Made by a program: the position numbers and the translations under genes. From NCBI RefSeq assembly GCF_009914755.1, contig NC_060946.1: a DNA stretch of 64,000 bases, one strand, 5' to 3'. This document shows, one piece after another, positions 1 to 17,553 of this stretch. Numbering within the stretch: position 1 is the stretch's first letter; each line of letters starts with the position of its first letter. The DNA is from the human T2T-CHM13v2.0 reference genome, Homo sapiens. The notes beneath the pieces were generated by a model that saw nothing but the letters and a program-made list of their open reading frames with translations, made no database searches and had not been told where the DNA came from.

Positions 1-1066
1 GCCCATCCTCCAGAGCAGCATCATGCCTTCAGCCCAGGGAGGATAAGAGGACAGCATGGTCTGCCCAGACAAATAGAAAGCCCTGAAAATGAACAGGAAA
101 AGGGAGAAACAGCAGAAGAGCTGGTCAATAGAGCAGCCCTTTAAAATGATTTTACCTTGCAAATTCAATTGCAAAGACAGATGGATGTTTTAGCAAGGCT
201 GGAGAGCAAATTATGAAATCTGTGTTCCCAAGGCAATCGGGTCTGAAAAGCTTCCTTTTAAAAATTCACACTGGATGGAAATTCAAACTCTATGATTGTG
301 TGAAGTGTTCTAGCTAGATTAAGCATAATGCTATCAAAACAAGTGATTCACATATTCTGCTCATTTTTCTGTTAGTATATGGGCTTTTGGTTAGGGCAAT
401 TTCAAAAACACTGAAAGGAGCAAAATGGGATTAAAATTGTGAATCCATTTACTGCTTTCAGTTTTTCTTCCGTTTCTGTTTAATTGAGAGGAACTTACAT
501 AGGAAATTGGAGGCTCCTGAGGCTGGCTCACTTATGCACATCACAGAGATGCTATTTAAACATGTTTTCCTAGAAAGCTCTTGTAATCCACTTTAAATCT
601 GAAACCCCATTTACCTCTTTATTTGAGCTGTAGACTCACAGGATTACAGAAACCTGTGAAAATCACTTGAACTTGGGCTTCCCAAGACATTTGTTGGTTC
701 ACAGTGAACCTCAACCCTACTACATACATCAGGAAGGGTGGGTTCCTTTGCCTAACTATTCTGCCAGACCTTCTTGTCTACATGCTTATCTCCAGCCAAC
801 CACTTCTTCCATGCATATGTAAATAAAGAAACCACCCAGTTTTTCTCCCTCTGATCACTTACAGCAACGAGTGAGGACACTAAGGCAGAATATCACTAGT
901 CTCAAGACCTAGAGCAGACAACTTTACTGCTTCTGTGGCTTTCTTTTAGTTTTTGTTGTTGTTGTGCATGCTTTTGAATTATTGAGATTGTATAGCAAAT
1001 TCAAAATTGAACTAAAATTGAAATTTAAAAAATTTCTGTTATGAAAATACTAAATTAAAAAATGCT

Positions 1067-1850
<784 letters not shown>

Positions 1851-2319
1851 AATGTAGAAAATATTTAAAAATACAGAAAAAATCCCTATGTATCTATCTT
1901 ACCTGATGACTGAAGATAATCATTGTTAACATTTTAGAGTAGTTCTGATAATCTTTATGGGTTTTGCTGTTGTTAGTGGTTTCATTTTGTTTTGATATGG
2001 GTTGTTTTGTTTACATTACTGAAATCATATTATATGCACTGATTTCAAAACATAAATATAATAAGACCAGGTTCTTAAAGGCAGATAATAATAAAAAAGA
2101 CTTTGATGACAACTATTTGCCACTAGGTCTTTGCTTAGATTTAGATCATTCGTTATAGATTTAAGGGATGTATACAATCATTTTCTCAAAGTTTCTAGGT
2201 AATAAAAATGATCACTATATTGTTGTCTACAGCTCTCTTTTGTAGAATAAAAATTGTTTTAGTTTAGTAACTCTTCTAATAATATTCTCACCATGTAAAA
2301 ATACCTAAGCCGTTCTTAG

Positions 2320-2964
<645 letters not shown>

Positions 2965-3108
2965 TCCCGCTGTATCAGTTCTTCTCAATTCTACCTTTAT
3001 TGCACACTTTACATTTTAGGGTCCTTACGATCTTCCTTCTATCATCCATCTTTTTTTATTCAACCCCTTTCTCCCGTATCAACCTGCCTTCTCAATATTT
3101 TTACTTCT

Positions 3109-3426
<318 letters not shown>

Positions 3427-3576
3427 TCATGTCTTTTTGTATCCTACTAAGGATGCCAAACTTTTATACATTTTTCCCTTCATTCTTACAGTAAGCAACT
3501 TTTAAAGGTCTGCTTGTCTTCTGAGAATCACTGTTGCCTCTCCCTTATTCTGTAGCAATTTTTCACTTATCTCTCT

Positions 3577-3609
<33 letters not shown>
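3577..3609. repeat. (TTG)11 microsatellite
   Basis: Read directly; source of the poly-Q in spurious ORF 3502-3747. Confidence 0.95.
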
Positions 3610-3612
<3 letters not shown>

Positions 3613-3834
3613 GTTTTTTGTTTTTTTCCTGTTTGACCTCAAAGAAAGCAAGCTGTATCTAGGCCCAATATTTACCCAAAACAAAGTATGTGGCTTGTGC
3701 TCCAATGGAGTTTGGCCCCATTCTCCAAGTGGTTGGGTGCTAGCCAAATCCCTGTCTCAGATCTATAGCTAGATGATAGAATGATAATATATATAGTGCT
3801 CAGCTCAATTCCCAGTATATAATAATATCCATTC

Positions 3835-4050
3835 TAATAGCTAAAATTATTGAAACCTATGTGCCAGGCACTATTCTAGGCATTTTACATTTGTTAATTT
3901 AATCTCACAAGTGGGTTGTTAAATGCTGTAATTATCCTATTATTTCAGATGAGTCAGAGATGCTACAGAACTTGCCGTAGGTCACACATCTAGAAAGGGC
4001 AAGCCCAGGAAGTCTGATTCTATAGTTCAAGCTCTTAACCAGTACACTCA
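3835..4050 (-). mobile_element. MIR
   Basis: tatgtgccaggcact..tttaatctcacaa..cagatgag..aacttgcc..ggtcacac. Confidence 0.75.
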
Positions 4051-6066
4051 AATAGCATTAAATGACATCTGGGCAATAAACCAAGGCTTCTGTAAGCAAG
4101 ATACAGGAGAGAAGGTAGGATTTAGGGAGACACTATCTATGTCCAGTGATTTACAAATCATCTCTAGATAGCTCACCTGAGACCTAGTCATGGGTCTCCA
4201 GTTGTCTCAGGCTGTCACTTCATGCTCCTAGAACTTGGAGTTGAGGTAGAAGGTAGAGGTAATTTTTTAGGACAAAGTCCTATAGGTTCCCCAATTCAGA
4301 AAAGATGTATTCTAAACTGGGCTCACTGTGCCTAACCAGTCTCATTTTCCATGTCTCACCAACATGAACTCTCTATTCCAGCTAGCTTTCTTCTGTGTTC
4401 TTCGAGGAATAAACTGAATACATTGCATACCCTAGAAAAATAATAGTGGCGATAATGATGACTGAGTGTTACATATACCTTTCCTCCAAAGAGCTCACCA
4501 TGCTCTCATGCCTCCCCTTTATCATTACCGTATTACTTGGAGGGATGCAAAGTTACTAATCATTTGTTTTCCAGATGGAGAATTGAAGTACAAAGAAGGG
4601 TCACAACCTACCCAACATTAGAGAGCTGGCTACTGTTGGTATGAACCTGTTTCTTAGCTTAGCTCCTTAGGATCAGGTTCTCTGAGCCCTCCAGAGTGAA
4701 AAATACCTCGATTTATTAATCTCTGTTGGCTTGGACTTAATTTTCTAAAAATGCCTTTATCATTCTTTCAACAAACATTTACTGTAGTACTACAGGCGGC
4801 ATCAGGGATAAAAGATGATGAACACGGCTTCCTGCTCACAACCTCAAGGCAGACCCAATCACAACTCAGGGTAGTAACTGTAGAAATGGAGGCCCAAACA
4901 CAATATGCAACACCCCCAGCCATCAGCTCACTGTAATTACCACCAATGCTGCCAAAGGCAAAAGAACAAAGAATGGTTTTACATCTTGAACTTTGGAAAC
5001 ACAAAACAGTACAGATCAATACTGTGTAGGCTAACAACAAAAGGATTCATATTTCCTTTATGATGTGCTTCTTATAGGCAGTAGTTCATAAAGATCTGCT
5101 TGAAAAAGAATTATCACCAATCATTAATAAGACAAGCCAACTGGCTGAACAGTGATTTTTTAAAATCATTAATAAAATTTATTCAGCATAGAAATATGTT
5201 CATAAGTAATTCAGTAAAGCTTCATCTGTTAAATAAAAAAAATGTTGCATAGCTCATTACAAAAAACTGGGTAAGAGACAAAAGAATGAGTTTTCTCTTA
5301 TGAGGCATCTGCATAAAGTAGGTGAAAAAAATACTACTCTGGGGGCTTAGAAACTGCACATACCCATCTACAATCCTTAGAGGATCTGGAAAAAATGGAA
5401 ATTAGAAAGCGGCAAAGTCACTGTATTCTCTATTACTGAAAGACACTGTACCCCTGAGGCAAAAAACAACATATGAAACGAGAGGATGTTTTGGTCCTAG
5501 AGAGGATTGGAGAGGACTAAAAGAGAATGAATTTGGCTCTGTGCTCCAAATAGATATGAAATAATTTACTGCAGCATTACATGGTTTCTCCATTGACAAG
5601 AGTCCCTCTCCTTAATATAATAAAATAATCGAACCACAGAATTGTTTAATTACTGGGCTGGACCCTGGATATGTCATTCAGATTGATCAAAATCATCACA
5701 AACGTAACTATGGCTGGGGTTGGCCACGGAGAACTACGAGTTTCCAGTGTTTTATAATCCAGTGTTGAGTGGCAATTTCACAATCTCACGGTATTTGAGG
5801 TTAATCCACACTCTTCATTCTTCCAATCCTGCTCTCTACAATGGTTCACTTAAATACAGAGTGACTCTAGTCTAAGTAGTTGTAAAGACTGTACTTCCAC
5901 AGAAATGTCAGTTCTCAAGGTCTGCTGGACTGAATACCCACTCTCTAATCCCCACTATGTTGATTTAGATGGAAAAAGGAGTTCTGTGCCTTATTCTTCT
6001 AGTGGGAAAGGCAGTCATTATACAAATATAGGGTCAGCAAAGTAACTGAAGTGATCTCCTAGTTCT

Positions 6067-6337
6067 GTGTTTTCTGAAACTTTCTCCACAGAGCAGCTGT
6101 GTCTCATAAGATGTTAATACTGCAGATGTCCTGAGAAGTATGTGTCTTCCATGGTCAAGTGAGTATGAAACACTGGATTAAACAAAGTTAATACACGACT
6201 TCTCAGAGCCCTTCATATACTAATATGCAGAATGAATTTCCTGGAGAGGAATCTAGAATTCCAAATTATTTGATTGCAGGGATATGACAGCCTTATCCAC
6301 ATGTCCTGGAAGAAGAGTTCTATAGAACACAATTTGT
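6067..6337. mobile_element. hAT-Charlie-type MITE remnant
   Basis: ttaaacaaagttaa..gacttctcagagcc..taatatg; ccaaattatttga; subfamily uncertain. Confidence 0.45.
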
Positions 6338-6344
6338 GATTTAG

Positions 6345-6435
6345 CTTGCTCATGCTGGCCTCGAACTCCTGGGGTCAAGCAATCCTCCTGCCTCAGCCTC
6401 CTGAGTAGCTGGGACTCCAGGCCACTGTGCTAGGC
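6345..6435 (-). mobile_element. Alu monomer (FLAM/FRAM) fragment
   Basis: gctggcctcgaactcctgggg..cctcagcctcctgagtagctggga. Confidence 0.8.
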
Positions 6436-6892
6436 TCCAAATTTTAAAAATATCTTAATAAATTAAAGCAAAACACTTATTGTTTAGATTGATTCTTAAA
6501 AGGTTTGACATAACTATAACCATTGCAAAGTCAGGCCCTGTTAAAAATATTTGGTACAGACAGAAAGAATCAGGCCCTACTAAAAATATCTAGTACAGAC
6601 AAGACTGGGCCTTGGAGATACAAGTAGCTTTTCTGTACACTAGGCTAGAAAAAGGCTGTCATGAACTGGAATCTTAAGTCATTTTGCTAAAACTTTGATA
6701 TATGAGAACATTTATAACTAAGGGTCACTAAGAAGTGTAAGGCATGATTTCACTGGGTGCAGGGATAAAGCCTGGGGAACACAGCATTACACTTACTCCA
6801 GTGTAATGGTAGCAACAACCAACCAACCTCCCCTAATCCTTGCTCCCCTCAACAATAAGGAAGTTGTGCTTTCCTCAGTGCTTCTCTAGATA

Positions 6893-7160
6893 ATACTGTC
6901 CAATAACATAGCTGAGCACTTGAAATGTGGCTAGTCCAAACTGAGATATGCAGTAATGTAAAACAGACACAGGATTTCCAAGACTTCGTATGAGAAAAGG
7001 AATGTAAAATGTCATTAATTTTCATATTGATTACATGGTGAAATAATATTTTTATATACTGGGTTAATAAAATATATTATTAAAATTATTTCATCCTTTT
7101 TTAACTTTTAAAATGCAGCCACTAGAAAAATTTAAATTACGTATGTGCCTCACATTTTCT
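6893..7160. mobile_element. MER33 (hAT-Charlie)
   Basis: ctgtccaata..tgagcacttgaaatgtggctagtcc..gaatgtaaaat..ctagaaaaatttaaattac. Confidence 0.8.
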
Positions 7161-7168
7161 TTCCATAG

Positions 7169-7440
<272 letters not shown>

Positions 7441-7488
7441 ACCTTCTTCATTTCTAGATACCTGTAACTTAGCTCAGAGTCTGGCTCA

Positions 7489-7773
<285 letters not shown>

Positions 7774-7945
7774 CTATTTTGAATTATTTTGAGTTGAATC
7801 ACAGTTCTAGCAAACTGCTTAATTTCTGTGAACCTCAGTTTGCTCACCTAAGAAACACGGTAAGGTAAGGATTAAATGAATAAGTAAAGCACACAGCCAA
7901 TTCCTGTCAGCAAATTATGGAGCAGGATAGAACTTTGGTATCTCC

Positions 7946-8251
7946 TTATTTTTTTATTTTTGTTTTTGAGACAGGGTTTTGTTCTGTCACCCAGGCTGGA
8001 GTACAGTGGCTCAATCTCGGTTCAATGCAACCACTGCCTCCCAGGCTCAAGTGATCCTCCTAACCTCAGTCTCCCCAGTGGCTGGGACCACAAGCACATA
8101 CCACCATGCCCGGCTAATTTTTATATTTTTTGGTAAATATGGGGTTTCACCATGTTGCCCAGGCTTGTCTCAAACTACTGGGCTCAAGCAATCTGCCCAT
8201 CTCAGCCTCCCAAAGTACTGAGATTACAGGTGTGAGCCACTACACCTGCCC
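7946..8251 (-). mobile_element. AluJ
   Basis: Full dimer, reverse orientation. Confidence 0.92.
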
Positions 8252-8658
8252 TGGAATTTATTTTACACAATTTATCTAACACTGAGACTCACTTGCAGAC
8301 CTAAACACGAGATTTTAAGTAAGTCGTACCTGACAATGAGAGCTAGATTGTGTAAGAAGTAAGACAACTGAGGAAATCATCATGTTCAGAGAACTGTGCT
8401 CATAAAGATTGCAAAAGATGCCTAACTGCCTTGGACATTTAGCCAGATCTAGACAGCCATATTCAATCTCTCTCTCCCTGAACATGATGTGATTGTTCCA
8501 TGTAACAAGTACCCAAATGCTTTAGGTACTTACGCCACTACTCCCAATGACAGCAATCTCAAAGTTTACCCATATAATAAGTGAAGGGAGGCAGATGAAC
8601 TGTTCCCGATGGAAATCCCATTAACAGGGGCAAACTAAAGGTTAGCCAGTCCATAAAC

Positions 8659-8829
8659 CAGAAATTCTCAACCTTGGGGTAGACACTGGGATTGCTGAGA
8701 AAGATTTTTAAAATCCCAATGTCAGATCTAGATCCCAGACCAATTAAATCCGAATCTCTGAGAGTGGGCATCAGTGTTTTGTAATGCTCCCCAGGTAACG
8801 CCAAAATGCAGCCACAGCTGAAATCCACC
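8659..8829. mobile_element. MER5A-like
   Basis: ttctcaaccttgg..cccagaccaattaaatc.gaatctctg..gctccccaggt..atgcagcca. Confidence 0.75.
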
Positions 8830-8889
8830 TTTGTAATCCCTTTCTCATTCCAAGATGTTCTCAAACACTTGCAAAGAGCAGGAGCTTGG

Positions 8890-9100
8890 CGGTCAAGGAT
8901 TTAATCTGGCTCTGGCATTTCCTGGCTGTGTGATCTTAAGCAAGTTACTTACCCTCTTGAACTTCATTCTCCTCAACTGTAAAGTGGAGCTAGTATTACC
9001 TCCCTCACGAGGTGTGGTAAGGATGAGGTGAATACTTAGGTAGAGTGCCTGGCGCACAGTGTAGACTTAAAGAGCAGTAGTTGCTACCATTATCATTATT
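8890..9100 (+). mobile_element. MIR
   Basis: gctgtgtgatctt..gcaagttactt..ctgtaaa..gtgcctggc. Confidence 0.75.
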
Positions 9101-9211
9101 CTCTTCACCTCAGGGGAAATGATTCCTGCATGTGGTAAGGTTGATGTCACTTTTTCCTATGTTTGCACTACATTGGCGGGGGAGATGATGCACGTAAAAG
9201 TATTTTGTAGA

Positions 9212-9379
9212 CAGAGGCTCCTCTGAACTTAATGTGAGTAAGAATCACAGGGGACCTTGTTAACATACAGTGGCTGATTTCCTAGGTCTAAGGTGAGGCC
9301 AAGGGAGAGTCTGAATTTCTAACAAACTCCCAGGAGATGAGATGCTGTTGATCCATGGGCCACACTTTGAGTACCAAGA
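9212..9379. mobile_element. MER5A1/MER5B-like
   Basis: agaatcac..gaccttgtta..atttctaacaaactcccagg..ccacactttgagta. Confidence 0.7.
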
Positions 9380-10707
9380 CTGTAGGTGGTAAAGCTCTTT
9401 ACAGAAGTAAAGCACTACTATTATTTCCTTAACATGGTTTTGGGAAATACCACCATATTACCTATTTTGTTTAATCTTCTGTTTATGAGACTTTATAGCA
9501 AGCTTAAAACCTACAAAAGAACCACCTAAATCAGATATCCTATATGGAAAATTCAAAGTTTAAGCAGATTCCTTTTACATTATAGTCTTTCCTTTCTCTT
9601 TTTTTTGCCATTAGTCAACATTTGACTCAATTTAATGAACACATACCTAAATCACAAGTGTGGAAAACACACTTGTCTTCCCCCACTCCCCAAATTAAAG
9701 ATATTGCTCCCTTTGCTCCCAAGGAAAAGCAGAAGATTCATTACAGTCTCTCGGGAGCTTGAGGCTTCTTCCACCACTTTATAACAATAAACTGCCACTT
9801 TGATGCTTCAGAAACTTCCTAGTTGTATCTTCATAATGATATGGTGTTTCTCAATAATGTCAATAATTTTGTTTTAGCATAAAATTATTAGCATAATCCT
9901 GTGAGTACCCTATCAGAATGATAGTGACATTTTGTTTTATACATATGTATCTAGCTTTACATATAAATATGTCTTCAAGAAATTGGGCATGAAACACTTC
10001 TGGGTGAATGCAGATGCAGAAAGAATGCAGATGCAGAAAGATAGCTGGCTATTTAAGGTTTTCTATGAAAGATAATTTTGAAAACCAGCCTTGAAAGTCT
10101 TTTGGAAAATCTGGAGATTCCTTTTGCTGCATGAGTGGACTGGATCACCTCAATTGTTGATCACTTCTATAAGGTTCCTTTCAGTCCTGTGGGTTCTGTT
10201 TTCTGGGTTTTTTGTTTGTTTTTGTTTTTTACTTTTTACTCTGGTGACAACTTTATCTGTCACCAGAGAAGAGCAGACAGGATAAAAATTAGTTTAGATA
10301 CTTTTTTCCCAAACTACAATATATAATTCTAAAACATATATAGCTTCTGCCTGAGGAGCCAAACGTCATTTCTGTCAATTACTCAGAATATACTCAATTA
10401 TCCCTTTTATCAAGCCCTTCTGTCATGAGGTGATTCTGACTAACAATGGCAATAGCCAGGGTAGCCAGCAAATACTGGTGATGCCTACTATGGAAGCATG
10501 TATCTCAGTGCTAGGTGGTGGAGATGTTCAGGCAAGGACGGTGAATTTAGAAATCCAATAAGGCCTTTTTTATTTGAAAGGTTTATCTATTAATTTAGTA
10601 TTATGTTGAAAGGCTTGGTTCTGTTTCTAAATTAAAAACACATTTTTTTTTCTCTAAGGTACATGCTGTTGGCTGAAGATCAGTCCCCTATTTAATTTTG
10701 TGAGATA

Positions 10708-11077
10708 CAGAGATGTTGCTTGACTTGAGATGGGATGTCCCAATGAATCCATCATAAATTGAAAATATTTTAAATCAAAATGGTCATTTTGTAGACAATG
10801 ATGGGCTATGAAAAACAAAATACAATATCCAGAAATCACTGGCAACACACTTCTGTACACCGTAGCATGCTGGTTGTTTACCATCATGATCTCACAGCTG
10901 ACTGGGGGCTGTGGCTCACTGTTGCTGCCCAGCATCTCAAGAGCATATCATACCACTTATCACTAGCCTCGGAAAAAAATCAAAATTTGAACAATGGTTT
11001 TTACTGAATGTATCACTTTTGAACCACTGTAAAGTCGAAAAATCTAAGTCAAGTCATCCTAAGTCAGGGACTGTCTG
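10708..11077 (+). mobile_element. MER47B/Tigger5-derived MITE with TA target duplication
   Basis: TA|CAG..ctgactggg..cccagcatc..aaagtcgaaaaat..gggactgtCTG|TA. Confidence 0.8.
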
Positions 11078-11079
11078 TA

Positions 11080-11265
11080 TATGTACTAACTCTGTGACCT
11101 TGGGTATATTATTTGCCCTGTCAAAGTGTCAGTTTCTTCATCTGTAAAATGGTGGTAATACGTATTAGAAAGGGTTGTTTTATGGATTAAGTGAGATCCA
11201 GATTCAGGGTTTAGCACAGCTCCTGGAATGGAATCAGGCTCAACAAATGGCTACTATTATAATTT
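11080..11265 (+). mobile_element. MIR
   Basis: ctgtgaccttggg..cagtttcttcatctgtaaaatgg. Confidence 0.75.
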
Positions 11266-12249
11266 TTATTATTAATATATAGCCTGAATATTCAATTGTT
11301 TTAATGATTATTTTCTTCTGCCCTTGAACTAATCCCTAAAACAGCACTGGAGAGGACACCACTCATTATTCAAAAGATTCAAAAAATTCAATTTCAGAAA
11401 TTTAAGGCCATTATGCCAAGTAAGCCACAGGCAAACCATTGGTGTTGTGATACCTTGTTGACCACAATTCCCAACAGTTATACTCTAAGAAAAAAGAAAA
11501 ATGCTCAGCTATCTGCAATAAAAAGAGAGACAAGGAAGGAATGAGAAGATACAAGACAATGAACTACAAAAGTTGAGATCTTGGAGTCTAATACGTGAAT
11601 TGCTATAGATACATATACTTGAAGGTGTCCTGTTGGAGGCCATTATGCATTATCAGATTTGTAGCTTCATAAAGTTACACATTTTAATAAGACAAATCTT
11701 TTGATATGGAAAGACTGAATGGAGAGACACATTTATCACCAGTCATCCAGCAGTCTGAATATACTTCAATTAGCACAATTCTCAGCCTGGTGACTTCAAC
11801 AGGACGCTGATTATGGTACAGCAATATACTAAGCCAGGAGAAATGCGTTCTCTTCTTGGCTCAGTATAAATCTGTTGTGTGATCTCATGTTAGTCAAAAA
11901 GCCTCCCAAAACATTACTTTTTTCATCAGTAAAGTAAGAGTTAGACTGAATATTTTTCAAAAAACCCTTTCCAGTTCCAACATTCCATGGTTCTAAGATT
12001 CCTTTAACTCTAGCTTATACCAATGTTCTGATTTTCTAACACGACTCTGACAATATCAGGAAGTACCCCACTGAGAGCTTTATTCAGATCATTGGCTAAC
12101 TGTACTAAAGGGCAGAGGCTACCTCAAATCCTTCAGCAAATACGACTGTACCAAGTAGTGTAGTGAAACCACTTACACAGCAGGTGCTACAATAACATTA
12201 TTTCCTTCAATGCCATTTTGTTAATGAGTAAAAATAATTGGCTGCTTCA

Positions 12250-12315
12250 AACATTGTTTCTCTAAAAGTCACAGTTTCCAAGAACCCTATAGACAATGTT
12301 AAATAAGGACTTACT
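12250..12315. mobile_element. MER82-like Tigger terminus
   Basis: aaagtcacagtttccaagaacc.tatagac..tgttaa.t.aggacttact. Confidence 0.55.
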
Positions 12316-12316
12316 A

Positions 12317-14208
<1,892 letters not shown>

Positions 14209-14660
14209 GGATAATTTTAGTTCTAAACTTTCCATCTGGTTTTTCTTTATATCTTCTACATCTTTGCTGAGACTATATTTCTGTGTGGAAGTTGTCCATT
14301 TTTTCCATTTGTTTCAAGCTTATTCATAATTGCTCACTCATGCATTCTTATAATGTTTACTTTAAAATCTTTGTCAGATCTTTTGAGCATCGGTATCATC
14401 TCAGTGTCAGTATCCATTGGCTGTCTTTTCTCATTAAATCTAAGATCTTCCTAGTTCTTGGTATGATGAGTGATTTTCTATTGAAACCTAGGTATTTTTG
14501 ATATTATGCTATGAGATTTTGGATCTTACTTGAATGTTGTGTTTTATCAGGTCTCCTCTGACACCACTCTGTTGAGTGAAGTGAGGTAGGGGTGGGGGAC
14601 TGCCATCCTGTTACTACCTTGGGGTGGAAGTCAGGTTCTCTACTTGGCCTCTGTTGAGGG
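14209..14660 (-). mobile_element. Old L1M 5'/ORF1-region fragment
   Basis: Resembles reverse-complement ancient L1 (ttttagttctaa..ttccat..tctttgctgagact..aaatctttgtc..). Confidence 0.55.
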
Positions 14661-15355
14661 AACTCAACACCAGTGAGCTCACCACTACGTCATTCTTTGG
14701 GTTCTCTTTTATGGGTAAGAAAATGCTTATTTATATTATAATAGGATTATTTACAAAATATGCACAATAACTTATTAAATCCATTAATGAATTAAATTTC
14801 AAAAATTTTACCCTCTAAATGACTTACACATAGCTTTGAATAGGCAGAGTTGTTGAGGAGTAAAACGCCAGAGCTAGGAGGAGTTTTAGAAGGCAAGTAA
14901 AGGAGAAATCCCAGGAAGGCTGTGTGGCAGACAGGAGAAGGAGTTCAAATAAGTCAAGTAAGAGGACAGGTCAACTGACTTGACATTTAGAAAATCACTG
15001 ATGACTTTAGCAAAAATAAATTTAAAAGAATAGTGGTGGGGGGAAAGTCAGATTTCAGACAGTGGAGAAGTAAATAGAAGTTGAGGAAGTAGAACTTTGT
15101 AAAAGAGTACCTAAGAGAAGCAGGAAGAACATGTGAAGCCAAGTTGGAAAGTGAAGGGGAGAAAACACAGGGAATTCACATCTGATGTTTTCTCTTACCA
15201 CTGTAATTGTTTATTATATTAGGGTCATTTCAAAGGAAAGATCAAGAAATCTTAGAAACACAGTAGATATATGAAATTAATACAAAAATATCCAAAATTA
15301 ATTACCCTTATAACTATATCTTCCTAAGACTGATTTGAATGTACATATTATAAAG

Positions 15356-15948
15356 CAGTGCTCCTCAAACTACACTGATGAAGGGTCAGTTCTGGGGTTT
15401 TTTGTTTTTCACAATCAATTGCAGAATAATACTATTGTAAAACACAATAAAATATCACAGCAATGACCAGTTGCTATAAAAGTTTCAAAATGCTTACTAT
15501 TTTTTGATAAAATAAAATTTCTAAGCAATGACTAGTTGCTATTAAAGTTTCAAAATGCTTACGTTTTGTTTTTTGGTATGGGGTCTCCCTCTGTTGCTCA
15601 GGCTAGAGTTCAGTGGTGTGATCATAGCTCATTCTAGCCTGGAACTCCCAGACTGAAGCAATCCTCCCACCTCAGCCTCTCAAGTAGTTGAAAATACAGG
15701 CATGCACCACCACACCCAGCTAATTTTTAAAATTTTTCTGTAGAGATGAGGTCTCATTATGTTGCCTAGGCTGGTCTCAAACTCCTGGCCTCAAGCGATC
15801 CTCCTGCCTCAGCCTCCCAAGGTGCTGGGATTATAGATGTAAGCCATAGCACCCAGCCCAAAATGCTTATTTTTGATTCTGCACTTCTCTCCTCATGGAC
15901 AGGTAATATATAGTTCATGAATTGGCACTGGCCTACACTTGGAGCAGT
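15356..15948. mobile_element. MER5C-like element with internal ~39-bp duplication, interrupted by AluJ
   Basis: cagtgctcctcaaact..gtaaaacacaataaaat..ttgctataaaagtttc; duplicate copies near 15459 and 15524. Confidence 0.55.
15563..15858 (-). mobile_element. AluJ
   Basis: TSD CAAAATGCTTA at 15551-15561 and 15859-15869. Confidence 0.92.
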
Positions 15949-16984
15949 CCTCTTCTCTAAAGCTGAACTCAAGTTGTCCAGACCTTAAATTCAAAATCTA
16001 ACTTCTCAAATAAGCTCTAGATGTCCAGGGAAATGTCTAACATGAGAGCATTCCACTTCTGTGTCCCTGCTTGAATTAGTCAGGGAAGGAGAGGTTATGG
16101 TGTCACAAAGAGTGCTCCAGTCTCAAAGGTTTACATGTTTAATTCTTGTTCACTTTGCATGCCCAAGGTGATTCAATACAAGGCTCTGTTCTGTATACCC
16201 ACTACTTTAGTGGCCATGGCAGGTACACAGAGACTGGAGAACTGCACACATGCTTTCCATGGCCTCACATTTTATCAGCCAGAAGTAGTAATATGTCTTT
16301 GCCGAGGAAGCTGGAAAACTTGGGAGTACCGCTTAAATCATAAGCAACACAGAGGATGGACTGCTGAGGTTCCACTGGAAAACAAGTATAAAACTACTTT
16401 TCTCCTCACTCCTCCAGGGCGCTGAATTAAGGGGCATGGAAAGACACATGTGACTCTTAACCAGTATTCTCATGGCTGTTGCTGGCTGTTAGCCTCAAAC
16501 TGACTGGCCACTAGCATCTAAATGCTAGCTGCATTTGCTGGAGTCTTGTATAAGTTCTTTGGAGCCCCTATGGAGAGACCTATCCATGGCACAATTCCCT
16601 GATGTGAGAACTCTCAGATCCCACCTGCAGAGTTACATTCCACAGTCTCATGCTGCTGAGGCTTCCTCATCCTGAGGCAGCGCTCTTGAGAAATGTTCTA
16701 GGGAGTTGTCTCAAGCTAACTTCTATACTGATTCACAGGAAATTCATGCATCCACAACTGTCCAAAGAGTGCCAGTTCTCTTTACTGACCTCTCTCTCTC
16801 TGCCTTTCCTCTCTCGCTTCTCAGAAGCGTACAGGTAGCAGACCAGCAAGTTAACTACATAATCACATCTCTCAGTAGAACGTGACTACCATTCCTGCAA
16901 GAACCTTAAACAAACACTGTGAGTAGTTCTCTTGGAGGGCCCTCTTGGTTTGGAGGGAGAATATCCCATTCTGTTCTCCACAGG

Positions 16985-17553
<569 letters not shown>

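Noticed and set aside
3502-3747. Poly-Q ORF
   Set aside because: Frame through a (CAA)n microsatellite with no splice or coding support.
6785-6808. Hairpin CATTACACT-N6-AGTGTAATG
   Set aside because: A 9-bp stem is expected by chance at this scale and is too short for a miRNA precursor.
10006-10039. Perfect 17-bp tandem duplication
   Set aside because: Ordinary slippage event with no further context.
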